Shown here piece by piece: positions 28,518 to 37,408 of a stretch of 64,000 nucleotides of DNA. This DNA is from a virus. Taxonomy: Duplodnaviria > Caudoviricetes. The notes under the pieces were generated by a model that saw only the letters and a program-made list of their open reading frames with translations, made no database searches and was not told the origin of the DNA. Position numbers and translations under genes: made by a program. Within the stretch, counting starts at the first letter, position 1. Every line of letters starts with the position of its first letter. The DNA is taken from IMG/VR virus record IMGVR_UViG_3300037067_026718, positions 93,673 through 157,672 of that record. The stretch is one strand, 5' to 3'.

Positions 28518-28895
28518 CTATTGGTCTTCGAGAGTTGCTTTGCTTCCGTAGAGAACCAGATTGTCAAACCGTACTTCAGCGGCGCTACGCTTATCTGTGG
28601 TTCGATCCTGATCCCCGTCCATCTGCGCTGTTTTGTATGCCTTGCCTCCATGCTCGGCAAGCCTGGAAAGCCTGTCAAAGTCGCTTCGGCCCATCAAAGC
28701 CTGAGCCCTCTTGGTGATGGGGATTGAGTCGTCGCATCCGAGATGACCTTTTTTCTCAAGGATCTCGCATATCCTGATCCCATCTACCAAAGACTTGTAG
28801 TCACTGGCCTCTTTCTCAAGAGCACCGATCTTCTCGGCAAGCTTTCTCATGGTGGCTGCAGTCTTGATGAGGACTTCTGGTTCTATCTGTTTCAT
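28518..28895 (-). CDS. Head scaffold-like protein (K-x-A motif rich)
   Basis: Coiled-coil; KTA, KLA, KEA, KRA and a second KTA motif. Confidence 0.5.
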   Translation of the reverse strand: MKQIEPEVLIKTAATMRKLAEKIGALEKEASDYKSLVDGIRICEILEKKGHLGCDDSIPITKRAQALMGRSDFDRLSRLAEHGGKAYKTAQMDGDQDRTTDKRSAAEVRFDNLVLYGSKATLEDQ

Positions 28896-29158
28896 GACTG
28901 CCCTTCCATCAGTACGCCGGCCCTGTTCAGATACTTCCTGATCTGCTCAACCTCTTCAGAACGCTTCTTGTTGCTCGAGCCTTCCCTGAATGTTTCGAGA
29001 AGAGCCCGGTCAACGGCATCGTCTCCGGACTTGGCGATTTTCTCAAGAAGATCTGCACAATCAGTGGCTTCCTTAACAAGCTCAGACATACCAACGCCGG
29101 TGGAGGCTTCAAGCTCGCGCCTGACATCGCTCTCAATTCCTTCCACCAGGCTCCGCAT
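28892..29158 (-). CDS. Small head-associated protein
   Basis: 88 aa, coupled to both neighbours. Confidence 0.5.
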   Translation of the reverse strand: MRSLVEGIESDVRRELEASTGVGMSELVKEATDCADLLEKIAKSGDDAVDRALLETFREGSSNKKRSEEVEQIRKYLNRAGVLMEGQS

Positions 29159-29160
29159 GG

Positions 29161-29676
29161 CTAGTCCCTGAAGAGCAGGCGAAGGAGGTGTGCGGTTCTG
29201 ACGTCTTCTTCGGTGATGCCTTCGTCTTCGGTTCCCTCTTCTTCGCCCAGGGCTCCGAGGAGTTCCTCAAGGTTTTCCTCTTCCCCTGAATCGCTCTCTT
29301 CGAGGGCTCCGACAAGGGTCTCAACGGCTTCTTCGCCACCGAGCTCTTCGATGAGCGCGTCGACGGTCTCGTCGTCCAGTTCTTCCTCGCCGCCTTCGCC
29401 TTCTCCGCCGAAAGCGTCGCCAACGAGTTCGGCAGCGATGTCATCGGGGACCAGCTCGGGGGTTTCCTCGGCCTGCTCGACGATGGACTCGTTGATCAGG
29501 TCATTGGCTGCATCGGCGCCCACTTCTTCTTCAACTTCTTCGCCCATGGCGATCTTGTTGAACCTGATGAGAGCTTCCCTGGCTTTCGCCCGGCCCTGCT
29601 GTTTGTAAACAGCGGCCAGTTTCTGCAGTTCAGGGTCGTTCTTGAGGGCCTGAGCGATCTTCTTCATGTCGGACAT
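29161..29676 (-). CDS. Highly acidic scaffold/core-like protein
   Basis: 171 aa, Glu-rich tract; KIA/KLA motifs; AGGAGG SD. Confidence 0.6.
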   Translation of the reverse strand: MSDMKKIAQALKNDPELQKLAAVYKQQGRAKAREALIRFNKIAMGEEVEEEVGADAANDLINESIVEQAEETPELVPDDIAAELVGDAFGGEGEGGEEELDDETVDALIEELGGEEAVETLVGALEESDSGEEENLEELLGALGEEEGTEDEGITEEDVRTAHLLRLLFRD

Positions 29677-29739
29677 CTTTTTACCTCCTGTGTCCTGGAA
29701 ATGAGTCTTGACTTACGGTCATAAGAGAGTTCATACCTG

Positions 29740-30459
29740 CTAACCGGAAATCCCTTTCATGAATGCAGCCTCGAGCACAGCCTTGACTGTCTCCGGCCCA
29801 TGCTTGCGGCAGAGAGCCGCTATCTTCTCGTTTGTGTCGATCGCCGTCTCGAGCCTCTGGCTGGCCTTCTTCTTGATGACTCCTATGGTCTCCTGGAAGT
29901 ACTCTTCCATGCCTTCCAAAAGAGCAGCCTTCTTGACGGCTTCCATGATCTCAGTGGTTTTCGAGGAAGTGGCATCCGGGGCATCGGTCTTGTTCTTCTT
30001 GCCGGTGGCACCCGGAGGGGTTCCTTCATCGGGCTGTTCCCCTGATGTTGATCCGGTGTCGCTGCTGGCGTCACCATTGGCAGGAAGGGGAGCAGTGCTG
30101 GCATCAGTCGCCACGGCTTCACCGGTGGCGTTGCCTGCGAGATCATCCTGGACGGGGCCCGGGGTGACGGCACCGATCTCGGTCTTCTCGCTGTCCTGGA
30201 TATTGCCGTCAACGGCAGTTGTGTCTGCCGCCTTCTTGGCAAAGCCGGTGATAAACGTGATCTGATCTGCGGTCATGGCCCTGAAGTCGGAGTCACTGAG
30301 CTGGGCTATCTTGACCAGCGCAGTGGCCGCGTCCCTTTTCTTGCCGGTCTCAGCAAGACCCTTGATTTCTGCGAACCTCTGATCGGCCGCCACCTTGACG
30401 GTGGGCTCAGCCATCAGCGATTCCAGTAGACTCGGTCTAGGCATTGTAACCTCCTTCAT
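29740..30459 (-). CDS. Scaffold/prohead core-like protein
   Basis: 239 aa low complexity, at least 6 K-x-A motifs, directly downstream of the protease; start may be the internal MPRPS. Confidence 0.55.
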   Translation of the reverse strand: MKEVTMPRPSLLESLMAEPTVKVAADQRFAEIKGLAETGKKRDAATALVKIAQLSDSDFRAMTADQITFITGFAKKAADTTAVDGNIQDSEKTEIGAVTPGPVQDDLAGNATGEAVATDASTAPLPANGDASSDTGSTSGEQPDEGTPPGATGKKNKTDAPDATSSKTTEIMEAVKKAALLEGMEEYFQETIGVIKKKASQRLETAIDTNEKIAALCRKHGPETVKAVLEAAFMKGISG

Positions 30460-30475
30460 TCTTCAACTAAAGTAC

Positions 30476-33160
30476 TTACTTTCCGATGGGACGCAACCCC
30501 TCGAAAGACTTGTATGCACCGCCCAATCGGACGGCTGCGATTTTGGGATCTTCCTTATCGTTGTAGCTCCCTTCAGCGTACTCCTTTATTCTTGACTGAC
30601 AGGCAACTACGAGGTCGGCTCGTTTGTAGAACTCATTCTGCCAGTCGGTGTTCATGAAGGTGGCAACCACATGTTTGGCGTAGTCGCTTGAAACCATGGG
30701 GGCGCCATGGGCTACTTTCTCCATTGAAGCTGTTTTCTGCCTTGTCAGGTCGAAGCGAGGTAAAAAAGAACGGACAGGCAGGAATGGAGCAAGCAACTGG
30801 GCGACCTTGTAGTTGTAGGCTACTCTCCGCATGGGGACGTTCTTCACCGATGCCATCTTGGGGGACAGCATGATGGTAACGTGCTTCTTGATCACGATCG
30901 CCCTGGGCTTGTCACCGCTTTTGAGCGCATCGATGACAGCGTATTCCTTGGGCATGACGTGCATCCCCATCAAGCCAGCCGTATCGAAGATGTCCTCGAA
31001 AGGATGCGATGCCAGTGCTTCGCATGTCTCCATCGGAAGCTCCGGAGTAATGGCGTCCTGGTAGCCCTCGGACTCCTTTTTGTCCTTGCTTTCCACGGAG
31101 ACATCGGCGGTTATGTCTTCAGGGGAAGCTTTTTCTATTTCAGCTTCCTTGCTCTTGGCTGCTTCCTTGAAGAAGAGTGCTCCTGCATCGGCAGAGAAAC
31201 CGGTGAAGTATACAGTTGTTCCTATGCCGGCAGCCTTGTTGAGCTCCTGGATGACATTGGTTCCTTTGTCCGCTCTGGTGAAGACGAAACTCTGGTCGAA
31301 GAAAGTCGGCTTTGTGTTGTGAACGCAAGTGATCCTTCCCCGGTTCGCCATGTCGTTGTAAGGATGGAACTGAAGAAGATGGTTCTTCGCGTGGTCACAG
31401 TACTCGGCCCGGGTCTTGGCTTTCTTGCCGCAGATGGAGCAGACGTCATAAGGAACCCTGCAGTTGTGAACAGCGATGCCATCCAATAGATAACTTTCGT
31501 CGTCAGAGACAGCAAAGTTATAGACATCATCATCATATGGAACAACTTCATTCTCCTCAACAGGCGTAATGAGATACAGGACATCGTCTATCATGGAAAA
31601 GAATCTCTTGTTGTTTATTGTCTTCGATCTTCCCAGTATATGTGATGACCGGTGAAGTCGATACGCTGTATCGGTTCCAATCCATATCTGATACTCTATA
31701 GTCTGCTTGCGTACCAGAGATCGTGGGCCCGGCTTATGAACTATGACATTAACAGAAGAGATCATCATACATCTAAGCAATATGATTTGTAGTTGCTTTG
31801 CAAGCTGGAAGGATGCTGTTGATAGATAGATGGAACCTTGATAGCAACCACCATCTCCATTAGCGTAAGCTCCCAAAAACTCTTGGAGGCTTTCTTCCTC
31901 AGCACCCATAATCGATGATGACAACGTCTTGCTGGTAGAGCCAACACCGCAATGTTCAATGCATAGTTCGGTAAAAGACCGATCATAAATGGTGATGTAC
32001 TTACCATTTCGCTCTTCGATGTCACGCTCTGTGACAGAAGTGAACCCCATACGCTCTGCTAAAGACAGTATTTCTTGATGTATAGATGTCTCATGCAAAC
32101 CTGTGCAGAATTGCACAGCCATGGGAGTTCCAGCCTTTGTATAGAGAGGACATCCTTCGGCTAGATAGTACCCCAAAAGGCGGCTTTCGTCGACAGAGAA
32201 TTTCCTTGCAGCATCAAAAGTAGGTACTGGCGTTAGTAGGCGATCACCTATATCTACTTCATCAGCTCTGATCCATTCTGGCCTATATTTTATTTGTGTT
32301 TTGCAGGAAACGCAGCCTGACTTAATAAAAGGGCTATCTGGAGTACAGACCTGCTGACGACGTCCGCGGTTTATGTCGTTACTAGATGGTTTGCATAGAA
32401 TTTGGTCAGATCTCAGAACCAAGAGGGGATGTTCGTCTGTTAGAATGAGAGGATCACGGTTTCCATATACTTTGATATGATGAATATTGCCCCGGTGTTT
32501 ACGTACCATTGTTGTAGTGACGGATTTCGGTACTCCTCTATGCGTTATCACTTTGTCACCAGAGGAGATTGTTTCGATGGGAACGTATTGACCATCGGAA
32601 GATAGAATCATTGATCCCTTTGGTACGCAGCCCATGCTGACATCCGGAAACTTGCCGCTTCTGATCCTGGCTATGATCTCGATCGACTTGCTGATGTCTT
32701 TGTCCAACCTGGATATGACCTCGATCCTGTGCATCTTGAGGTTGTAGCCCGTGGCTATGACCTTGCCAATACTCAGCTTTGGATCGCTGTTGTTATGAAG
32801 CAGGAAGGGATGGGCGTTGGTGAAAGTCCTGTAGTAACCATCATAGTAGATGTTCTGCTCTGGGAAGCTGTCCCCGTTGTTGTTGGGGCCGTAGTACTCG
32901 AAGGCCGACACGATGTTGATGTGAGTGTAGACATGCTTGTCGAAGTCGGGGTCGCAGTCATGCCAGAACTGGGCAAGCTCGTCGGGCATGACAGACAGGT
33001 CCATAGTGCTGTCCAGATCGGCTGATGCCATCTTGGCCATCGATTCCCTGGAAAGCAAAAGATGCATCCTGGGGCTGCCGAGAGGGTCATGGCTGCCAAC
33101 GTTGACCAGTTTGATCATTCCGCCATCGGTTGGCATCGTCATCAGTACCTTCCGCTCCAT
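30476..33160 (-). CDS. Putative prohead maturation protease interrupted by an intein
   Basis: 'NNNGDSF', 'FLLHNN..SIGKV' (His), 'DVSMG|CRVPYDVCSICG..YCDH' (Ser plus Zn finger), 'FFDQSFV..AD'; upstream of scaffolds and MCP. Confidence 0.7.
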   Translation of the reverse strand: MERKVLMTMPTDGGMIKLVNVGSHDPLGSPRMHLLLSRESMAKMASADLDSTMDLSVMPDELAQFWHDCDPDFDKHVYTHINIVSAFEYYGPNNNGDSFPEQNIYYDGYYRTFTNAHPFLLHNNSDPKLSIGKVIATGYNLKMHRIEVISRLDKDISKSIEIIARIRSGKFPDVSMGCVPKGSMILSSDGQYVPIETISSGDKVITHRGVPKSVTTTMVRKHRGNIHHIKVYGNRDPLILTDEHPLLVLRSDQILCKPSSNDINRGRRQQVCTPDSPFIKSGCVSCKTQIKYRPEWIRADEVDIGDRLLTPVPTFDAARKFSVDESRLLGYYLAEGCPLYTKAGTPMAVQFCTGLHETSIHQEILSLAERMGFTSVTERDIEERNGKYITIYDRSFTELCIEHCGVGSTSKTLSSSIMGAEEESLQEFLGAYANGDGGCYQGSIYLSTASFQLAKQLQIILLRCMMISSVNVIVHKPGPRSLVRKQTIEYQIWIGTDTAYRLHRSSHILGRSKTINNKRFFSMIDDVLYLITPVEENEVVPYDDDVYNFAVSDDESYLLDGIAVHNCRVPYDVCSICGKKAKTRAEYCDHAKNHLLQFHPYNDMANRGRITCVHNTKPTFFDQSFVFTRADKGTNVIQELNKAAGIGTTVYFTGFSADAGALFFKEAAKSKEAEIEKASPEDITADVSVESKDKKESEGYQDAITPELPMETCEALASHPFEDIFDTAGLMGMHVMPKEYAVIDALKSGDKPRAIVIKKHVTIMLSPKMASVKNVPMRRVAYNYKVAQLLAPFLPVRSFLPRFDLTRQKTASMEKVAHGAPMVSSDYAKHVVATFMNTDWQNEFYKRADLVVACQSRIKEYAEGSYNDKEDPKIAAVRLGGAYKSFEGLRPIGK
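31463..32629 (-). mobile_element. Intein with LAGLIDADG homing endonuclease (389 aa)
   Basis: Block A 'CVPKGSMIL', block B 'LTDEHPLL', LAGLIDADG-like 'LLGYYLAEG' and 'FLGAYANGDG', block F 'DVYNFAV', terminal 'VHN' followed by Cys+1; visibly lower GC. Confidence 0.93.
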
Positions 33161-34260
33161 TCGAGGCCAGGCCTTTCGCCCAAGATGGCCTTGAAAGTGT
33201 CGGGTTCCTGCATGAGTCTCTCTTCGTTCACTGCCCCCGCAAGGGCTGGAGCGATGTTCATGGGCTCCATTTTCATGCTGGTTGCGACAGCCGATGGATC
33301 CCTGGACTGTATATCAACAAGGGCCTTCGCTGTGTTGATGTCCAGGCCGTCAATACCATAGTCGACTGCGTTGCGAAGCAGTACTGAGGCTGTTGACGGT
33401 ATGCTGGCCAGGCTGGGAGACAAGCGGTGAATGTCTTCGTAGAGAATCTCGTACCTGGGATCCTTCAAAAACTCCGGATACCTGGCCGTGAGAGCGTCCC
33501 AGTGTCTCTGCCGTGATGCTTTCTCGGTGACCTTGCTCTCGGCTATCAGGTAAGCCCTGCCGAGCTGCTGAGCAGCAAATGCCGCGGCAGCCAGTGCCGC
33601 GTATGTCTTCCATCCGAGACGAGGGTTGAAAGCTTCCTTCTGCATACCCTGCTGAAGGGATATGGCTCCAGCCAGGGCTCTTTCTCTGATGTCTGAAAAT
33701 TCCATATCTCCTCCAAGCGATGCTGTCTTACGACCGCCGTAATTTTTGTTCCACTTGATGAACGGATTTCTGGCGCCCATGGCAGCCCCTGTCTGAGCTG
33801 CATGCCTGGCTATAATGGGCCTGTTTATGGCGTAGTTGAGATAAGCGAACAGAGGAGCAGTGACGGCTCCATAGGTAATGCCTCCGGCTACATTCGAAGC
33901 CCTGCCATACCTTTTGGCGATCTGACTGAGCCTGCTGAACTTGGGGGCCGACCTGAGGTGAGAAGCAAGTTCTGCTGTTCCAACAGTGCCATGACCGGGG
34001 AGAGCATTGACCAAACGCTGGTATCTGCTGTTTACAATATTCTGGGGCATCCTTGCCAAGTGTCCGATACCAGGGATTTTTTGATACAACATGTAAGGAA
34101 GAAAAGACGCCGGTATGCTGAGCAAAGGGCTGCTCTGGACAAAACCAGGCATCAGATTGTTGATCCCACCCGCACCCGGGGTGGAAGCAACATCAGGCCT
34201 GATCTCCCCAAAGGTGGAGCGCAGTCGCTGCGCTACCTTCCTCAGCGTACTTTGTTTCAT
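33142..34260 (-). CDS. Putative internal head/ejection protein
   Basis: 372 aa, basic Gly/Ala-rich with hydrophobic stretches; KVA, KTAS and KEA motifs. Confidence 0.5.
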   Translation of the reverse strand: MKQSTLRKVAQRLRSTFGEIRPDVASTPGAGGINNLMPGFVQSSPLLSIPASFLPYMLYQKIPGIGHLARMPQNIVNSRYQRLVNALPGHGTVGTAELASHLRSAPKFSRLSQIAKRYGRASNVAGGITYGAVTAPLFAYLNYAINRPIIARHAAQTGAAMGARNPFIKWNKNYGGRKTASLGGDMEFSDIRERALAGAISLQQGMQKEAFNPRLGWKTYAALAAAAFAAQQLGRAYLIAESKVTEKASRQRHWDALTARYPEFLKDPRYEILYEDIHRLSPSLASIPSTASVLLRNAVDYGIDGLDINTAKALVDIQSRDPSAVATSMKMEPMNIAPALAGAVNEERLMQEPDTFKAILGERPGLEWSGRY

Positions 34261-35123
34261 TCGTCCTTGCCTTCTATGAGGACCCTGAGAATCGAAGCTT
34301 TTTTCTCCTGCAGCTTCTGAACCACTCTGCGCCTGATGTCGATCTCTTCCGCCGACTTCAGAAGGCCCTTCACGCTCTTGAACAAAGATGAGTTGGCGTT
34401 CGGTATGCCGTCAACAGTTATCTCGGCCAAAGGCTCTATGGGGCGCCTCCATGCCGACATGGATGCCACCTTCTCATAAGCCCTGCGGTAAAGGGCTTTG
34501 ATCCTCAGTTCATCCTTCTGGTTGTCGGCAAGCTTCAACAGCACGGAATAGGAATGGTTGATGCTTCCTCTCGCATTGCCTTCTTTGACCAAGGTGTTGA
34601 TGAAATGCCCTGATGCCACCTCGGCATCAATCTCTGCGTTGTAGCATTCCTGGGCTACCTTGTTCATCATCCCGCAGATACCGTCGTAGATGGCTTTGAC
34701 CGCGCTGCCCTGGGTCTGCTCTACCTTTATTGATGCTGTTTTTTCGGTCGGTGCGACCAGCGAAGCCTCGAAAGCGGCTATGCTTTCACCATCTGCCAAG
34801 ATAGCATTACGTAGCCCGTCGAGGCTTTTGAGCTCGGTATGGCGGCTCATCGAGGCCTCCTTCGTATCGGGTGCCGGTTTCGGCTGAAGCTCATCTATGA
34901 TGATCGTACTGTCAGCCAGATCAAACACTGCCTTGGGAGAACCAAGGGCTTCTTTCGTAGCCAGGTTCACGGCTTCGCAGAGCCTCTTGACTTGCTCCAC
35001 GTTGAGATCGTAAGAGGCTGCTATATCGACTATGGCAGCATTGAGGGTTTTGCCGTCTTTGATGTAGGCCTTTACGGCCTTCTCTGCCAGCTCACTTACA
35101 AACTGCCGTGTGAATGTCATCAT
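34257..35123 (-). CDS. Head morphogenesis protein of unknown function
   Basis: 288 aa; 'LNVEQVKRLCEAVN'; many K-x-A motifs. Confidence 0.55.
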   Translation of the reverse strand: MMTFTRQFVSELAEKAVKAYIKDGKTLNAAIVDIAASYDLNVEQVKRLCEAVNLATKEALGSPKAVFDLADSTIIIDELQPKPAPDTKEASMSRHTELKSLDGLRNAILADGESIAAFEASLVAPTEKTASIKVEQTQGSAVKAIYDGICGMMNKVAQECYNAEIDAEVASGHFINTLVKEGNARGSINHSYSVLLKLADNQKDELRIKALYRRAYEKVASMSAWRRPIEPLAEITVDGIPNANSSLFKSVKGLLKSAEEIDIRRRVVQKLQEKKASILRVLIEGKDE

Positions 35124-35148
35124 GCTCCTACTGAAAGCTTGTCTGCTT

Positions 35149-35526
35149 TCACAGCTTCACTTCACCTATGTCTATGAGGTCCTGGAGTACCGACCTCTGG
35201 TTCCCAACTCTCTTGCCGGCCATGGCCCTTCTGGCCAGGTAGGGTATTATGGAATCAACATCACTGCCGCTCGTTCCTTTGATGTTGCTGAAATACCTGT
35301 TCATGAATGGCTCGGCCTTTGGAAAGTCTTTTGCCACCAAAGCCGGATCTCCGCCGCCGTACCGCACCATTCTCCGCCAGAACTTCTGCAAGGCTGTGTT
35401 CATGTCTGGGATAGCGTTGTAGCCACCCTTTTTCTGGTAGAGATTCCAGAGCCTCATCAACCTGGCAGCTCCAGCCCTTTTCTCGAGGATGGTCTGAGCA
35501 GCGAGCTTTATGATTTCAGAGTTCAT
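35149..35526 (-). CDS. Small basic protein with IIKLAAQTILEKRA leader (putative capsid cargo)
   Basis: Starts MNSEIIKLAAQTILEKRAG. Confidence 0.65.
   Translation of the reverse strand: MNSEIIKLAAQTILEKRAGAARLMRLWNLYQKKGGYNAIPDMNTALQKFWRRMVRYGGGDPALVAKDFPKAEPFMNRYFSNIKGTSGSDVDSIIPYLARRAMAGKRVGNQRSVLQDLIDIGEVKL
35472..35502. repeat. 31-bp exact repeat, copy 1 (encodes AAQTILEKRA)
   Basis: cagcccttttctcgaggatggtctgagcagc identical to 37041-37071; degenerate copies near 37745-37790 and 45755-45795. Confidence 0.9.
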
Positions 35527-36176
35527 GAAGTTCTTCCTTTCATTCTGCCTTTATGATACTCGAAACTGGCAAGGGGGCAAGCGCAATGGTTACGATAAAC
35601 GAAGTGTTCCATTGTTCGGCGGCAGGCCGCTGCCTTGGCCAGGCTCTTCGGATTGAACCGAGTCTTGGTCTTGCCGGACTTCAACCAAACCTTGAGGTCG
35701 GCCACTGATACCTCTTCTATGGAGCCCAGGCCCTTCCAGCCTTTTTCGTAATTGGACAAATAGGCCTTCTCCGCCTCGTCTTGAGTGCTGAAGCCCATCA
35801 TCACTTTGTGCTCATCGAAGACTCCGGATCCCGGATTGACCTGGTTCACCACGAACGCTGTGTCTGATTCCGGTTTGCTGCCGATGAACACATCGATGTG
35901 GTCTTTGTCCTTGCCTTCGGTTTGCTTGAAGTAGCCGTAGTGGTGGTGCATCTTGTTAGACCACTCTTTGCCGTCCTTGGATTTGCCGCGGCGTGTTGAG
36001 CCCTTGGGGTTCTCGATGGAGATGTCCAAGCCGTGAAGCCTGATATGTGCCTTGGGGTAGTTGCCTGACATCTTCTGGGCTTCCGAAGGGTTAGTCTCTA
36101 CCTTCTGCCCTTTGATCTGGTCATCCACGGCCGAGGCCATCTTCTCGAGCATTGCCAGAATTTGCACTTGGGTCAT
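35523..36176 (-). CDS. Inorganic-pyrophosphatase-like (InPase) domain protein of the polyvalent-protein type
   Basis: 'AQKMSGNYPK.H..HGLDISIENPKGSTR', 'YGYF..TEGKDKDHIDVF', 'FDEHKVMMGF...AYLSNY'; start MTQVQ overlaps the upstream stop (ATGA). Confidence 0.8.
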   Translation of the reverse strand: MTQVQILAMLEKMASAVDDQIKGQKVETNPSEAQKMSGNYPKAHIRLHGLDISIENPKGSTRRGKSKDGKEWSNKMHHHYGYFKQTEGKDKDHIDVFIGSKPESDTAFVVNQVNPGSGVFDEHKVMMGFSTQDEAEKAYLSNYEKGWKGLGSIEEVSVADLKVWLKSGKTKTRFNPKSLAKAAACRRTMEHFVYRNHCACPLASFEYHKGRMKGRTS

Positions 36177-36634
36177 ATTCTGATTCTCCAGGAAGGCGGC
36201 CACAAGCTTGATATTTCCTTTAACGCTGACATGCTTTTCCCGGGAACAGATGGACCGGTATTCGCTGCTGCCCTGGCTACATATTGGATGAGAGAAGGAG
36301 GATGGACAGGCTGACCTAAAAGTTCACCCGGTATAGAGCCAGGCATAAGGACCCTCTTGAGATACCCCTTGGGTATGATGATCCCCAGCATCCTGCTCAG
36401 TACATCCTTTGAAAGGCCTTTCTTGTTCATTCTCTTTACATACGAGTCTATGGCCCTCTGATAAGATTCCTTCAATGCCAGTGCTTGATCCGATGGATTA
36501 CTCCACATGGAGTATGGATTCTTTCGGTAGGCTTCAGCCAGCCTGAGCAAGCGCTTGGCGCCGGCCCTCTTCTCCAAAGAGCTGCCGGTGGCCAGCAAGA
36601 CCGATGCTGCGAGCTTCACCAATGCCGGGTTCAT
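36173..36634 (-). CDS. Small basic protein with a variant leader (LVKLAASVLL...LEKRA)
   Basis: MNPALVKLAASVLLATGSSLEKRAGAKRLLRL; partly resembles 35149-35526. Confidence 0.6.
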   Translation of the reverse strand: MNPALVKLAASVLLATGSSLEKRAGAKRLLRLAEAYRKNPYSMWSNPSDQALALKESYQRAIDSYVKRMNKKGLSKDVLSRMLGIIIPKGYLKRVLMPGSIPGELLGQPVHPPSLIQYVARAAANTGPSVPGKSMSALKEISSLWPPSWRIRI

Positions 36635-37398
36635 TTTCTCCTGGCTCCGGGCAAATTCAGGGCTGTGGGGCGGCTGGTGCCGGTTGTTACTGCTGCTGCC
36701 GGCTGCGTTGCCGCTGTGCCCGGCCTGGTAGGAGTGGTTCCTATCGACCCCGCTACCGAAGGTCTGTTCCTCATGAACGGCAATGCTGCAGACAGCCTCG
36801 ACATGATGTTCGATCTCTGCAAAGACCTTGATGCCGAACCTGAAGCGATGCCATTGGTCATGCCACTGGGCATGGAAGAGGATCTCATGGGCATCGAGCG
36901 AGAAGCAGTCGCTCCGGGCCTGGCAATGTTCATTCTTTTCGTAGGAAGGATGCTGTTCCTGAAGGGGTTGTTGTAATCCATGTGCCTCGTTACGAAGTAC
37001 CAGTCCAAGCCCTGTCCAAGCCTTTTGGAAGGAAGGCCGGCAGCCCTTTTCTCGAGGATGGTCTGAGCAGCCAGTTTGATGGCACTTTCCTTCTGTATAC
37101 TCATGCCTTTGTTCTTGAGTATTTCCTTGAGCTGGTTTTTAGCCACGATGGACATCCATCCTCCGCCAAGAAACGACCCAAGTATTGTGTTAAGGGCAAT
37201 GTTTTTTCCGCTGTTTGCGGTATTTCTACCGTTAATATTCTTTTTCAGAACTTCCGTCAAGACGGAAACAAGAAGTGCGGCCGGAGCCGTCCGGGCAGTT
37301 GCTTTCCAGAAAGGGTTGCTGTCGTCAATTGCTGATTCCATGCCTTTGCTCGTTCCAAATGGCGCCAGATCCATAGTCAAGTATGAATGCTTTTTCAT
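36631..37398 (-). CDS. Two-part protein with an internal AIKLAAQTILEKRA motif
   Basis: Start MKKHSY with AGGAGG SD; hydrophobic N-half, internal leader copy, basic low-complexity C-half. Confidence 0.6.
   Translation of the reverse strand: MKKHSYLTMDLAPFGTSKGMESAIDDSNPFWKATARTAPAALLVSVLTEVLKKNINGRNTANSGKNIALNTILGSFLGGGWMSIVAKNQLKEILKNKGMSIQKESAIKLAAQTILEKRAAGLPSKRLGQGLDWYFVTRHMDYNNPFRNSILPTKRMNIARPGATASRSMPMRSSSMPSGMTNGIASGSASRSLQRSNIMSRLSAALPFMRNRPSVAGSIGTTPTRPGTAATQPAAAVTTGTSRPTALNLPGARRK
37041..37071. repeat. 31-bp exact repeat, copy 2
   Basis: Identical to 35472-35502. Confidence 0.9.
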
Positions 37399-37408
37399 TG
37401 CCTTCCTC

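Noticed and set aside
35472-37071. 31-bp repeats as a CRISPR array or DGR template/variable pair
   Set aside because: Irregular kb-scale spacing, in-frame coding, no adenine-specific mismatches, and no cas or reverse transcriptase in the window.
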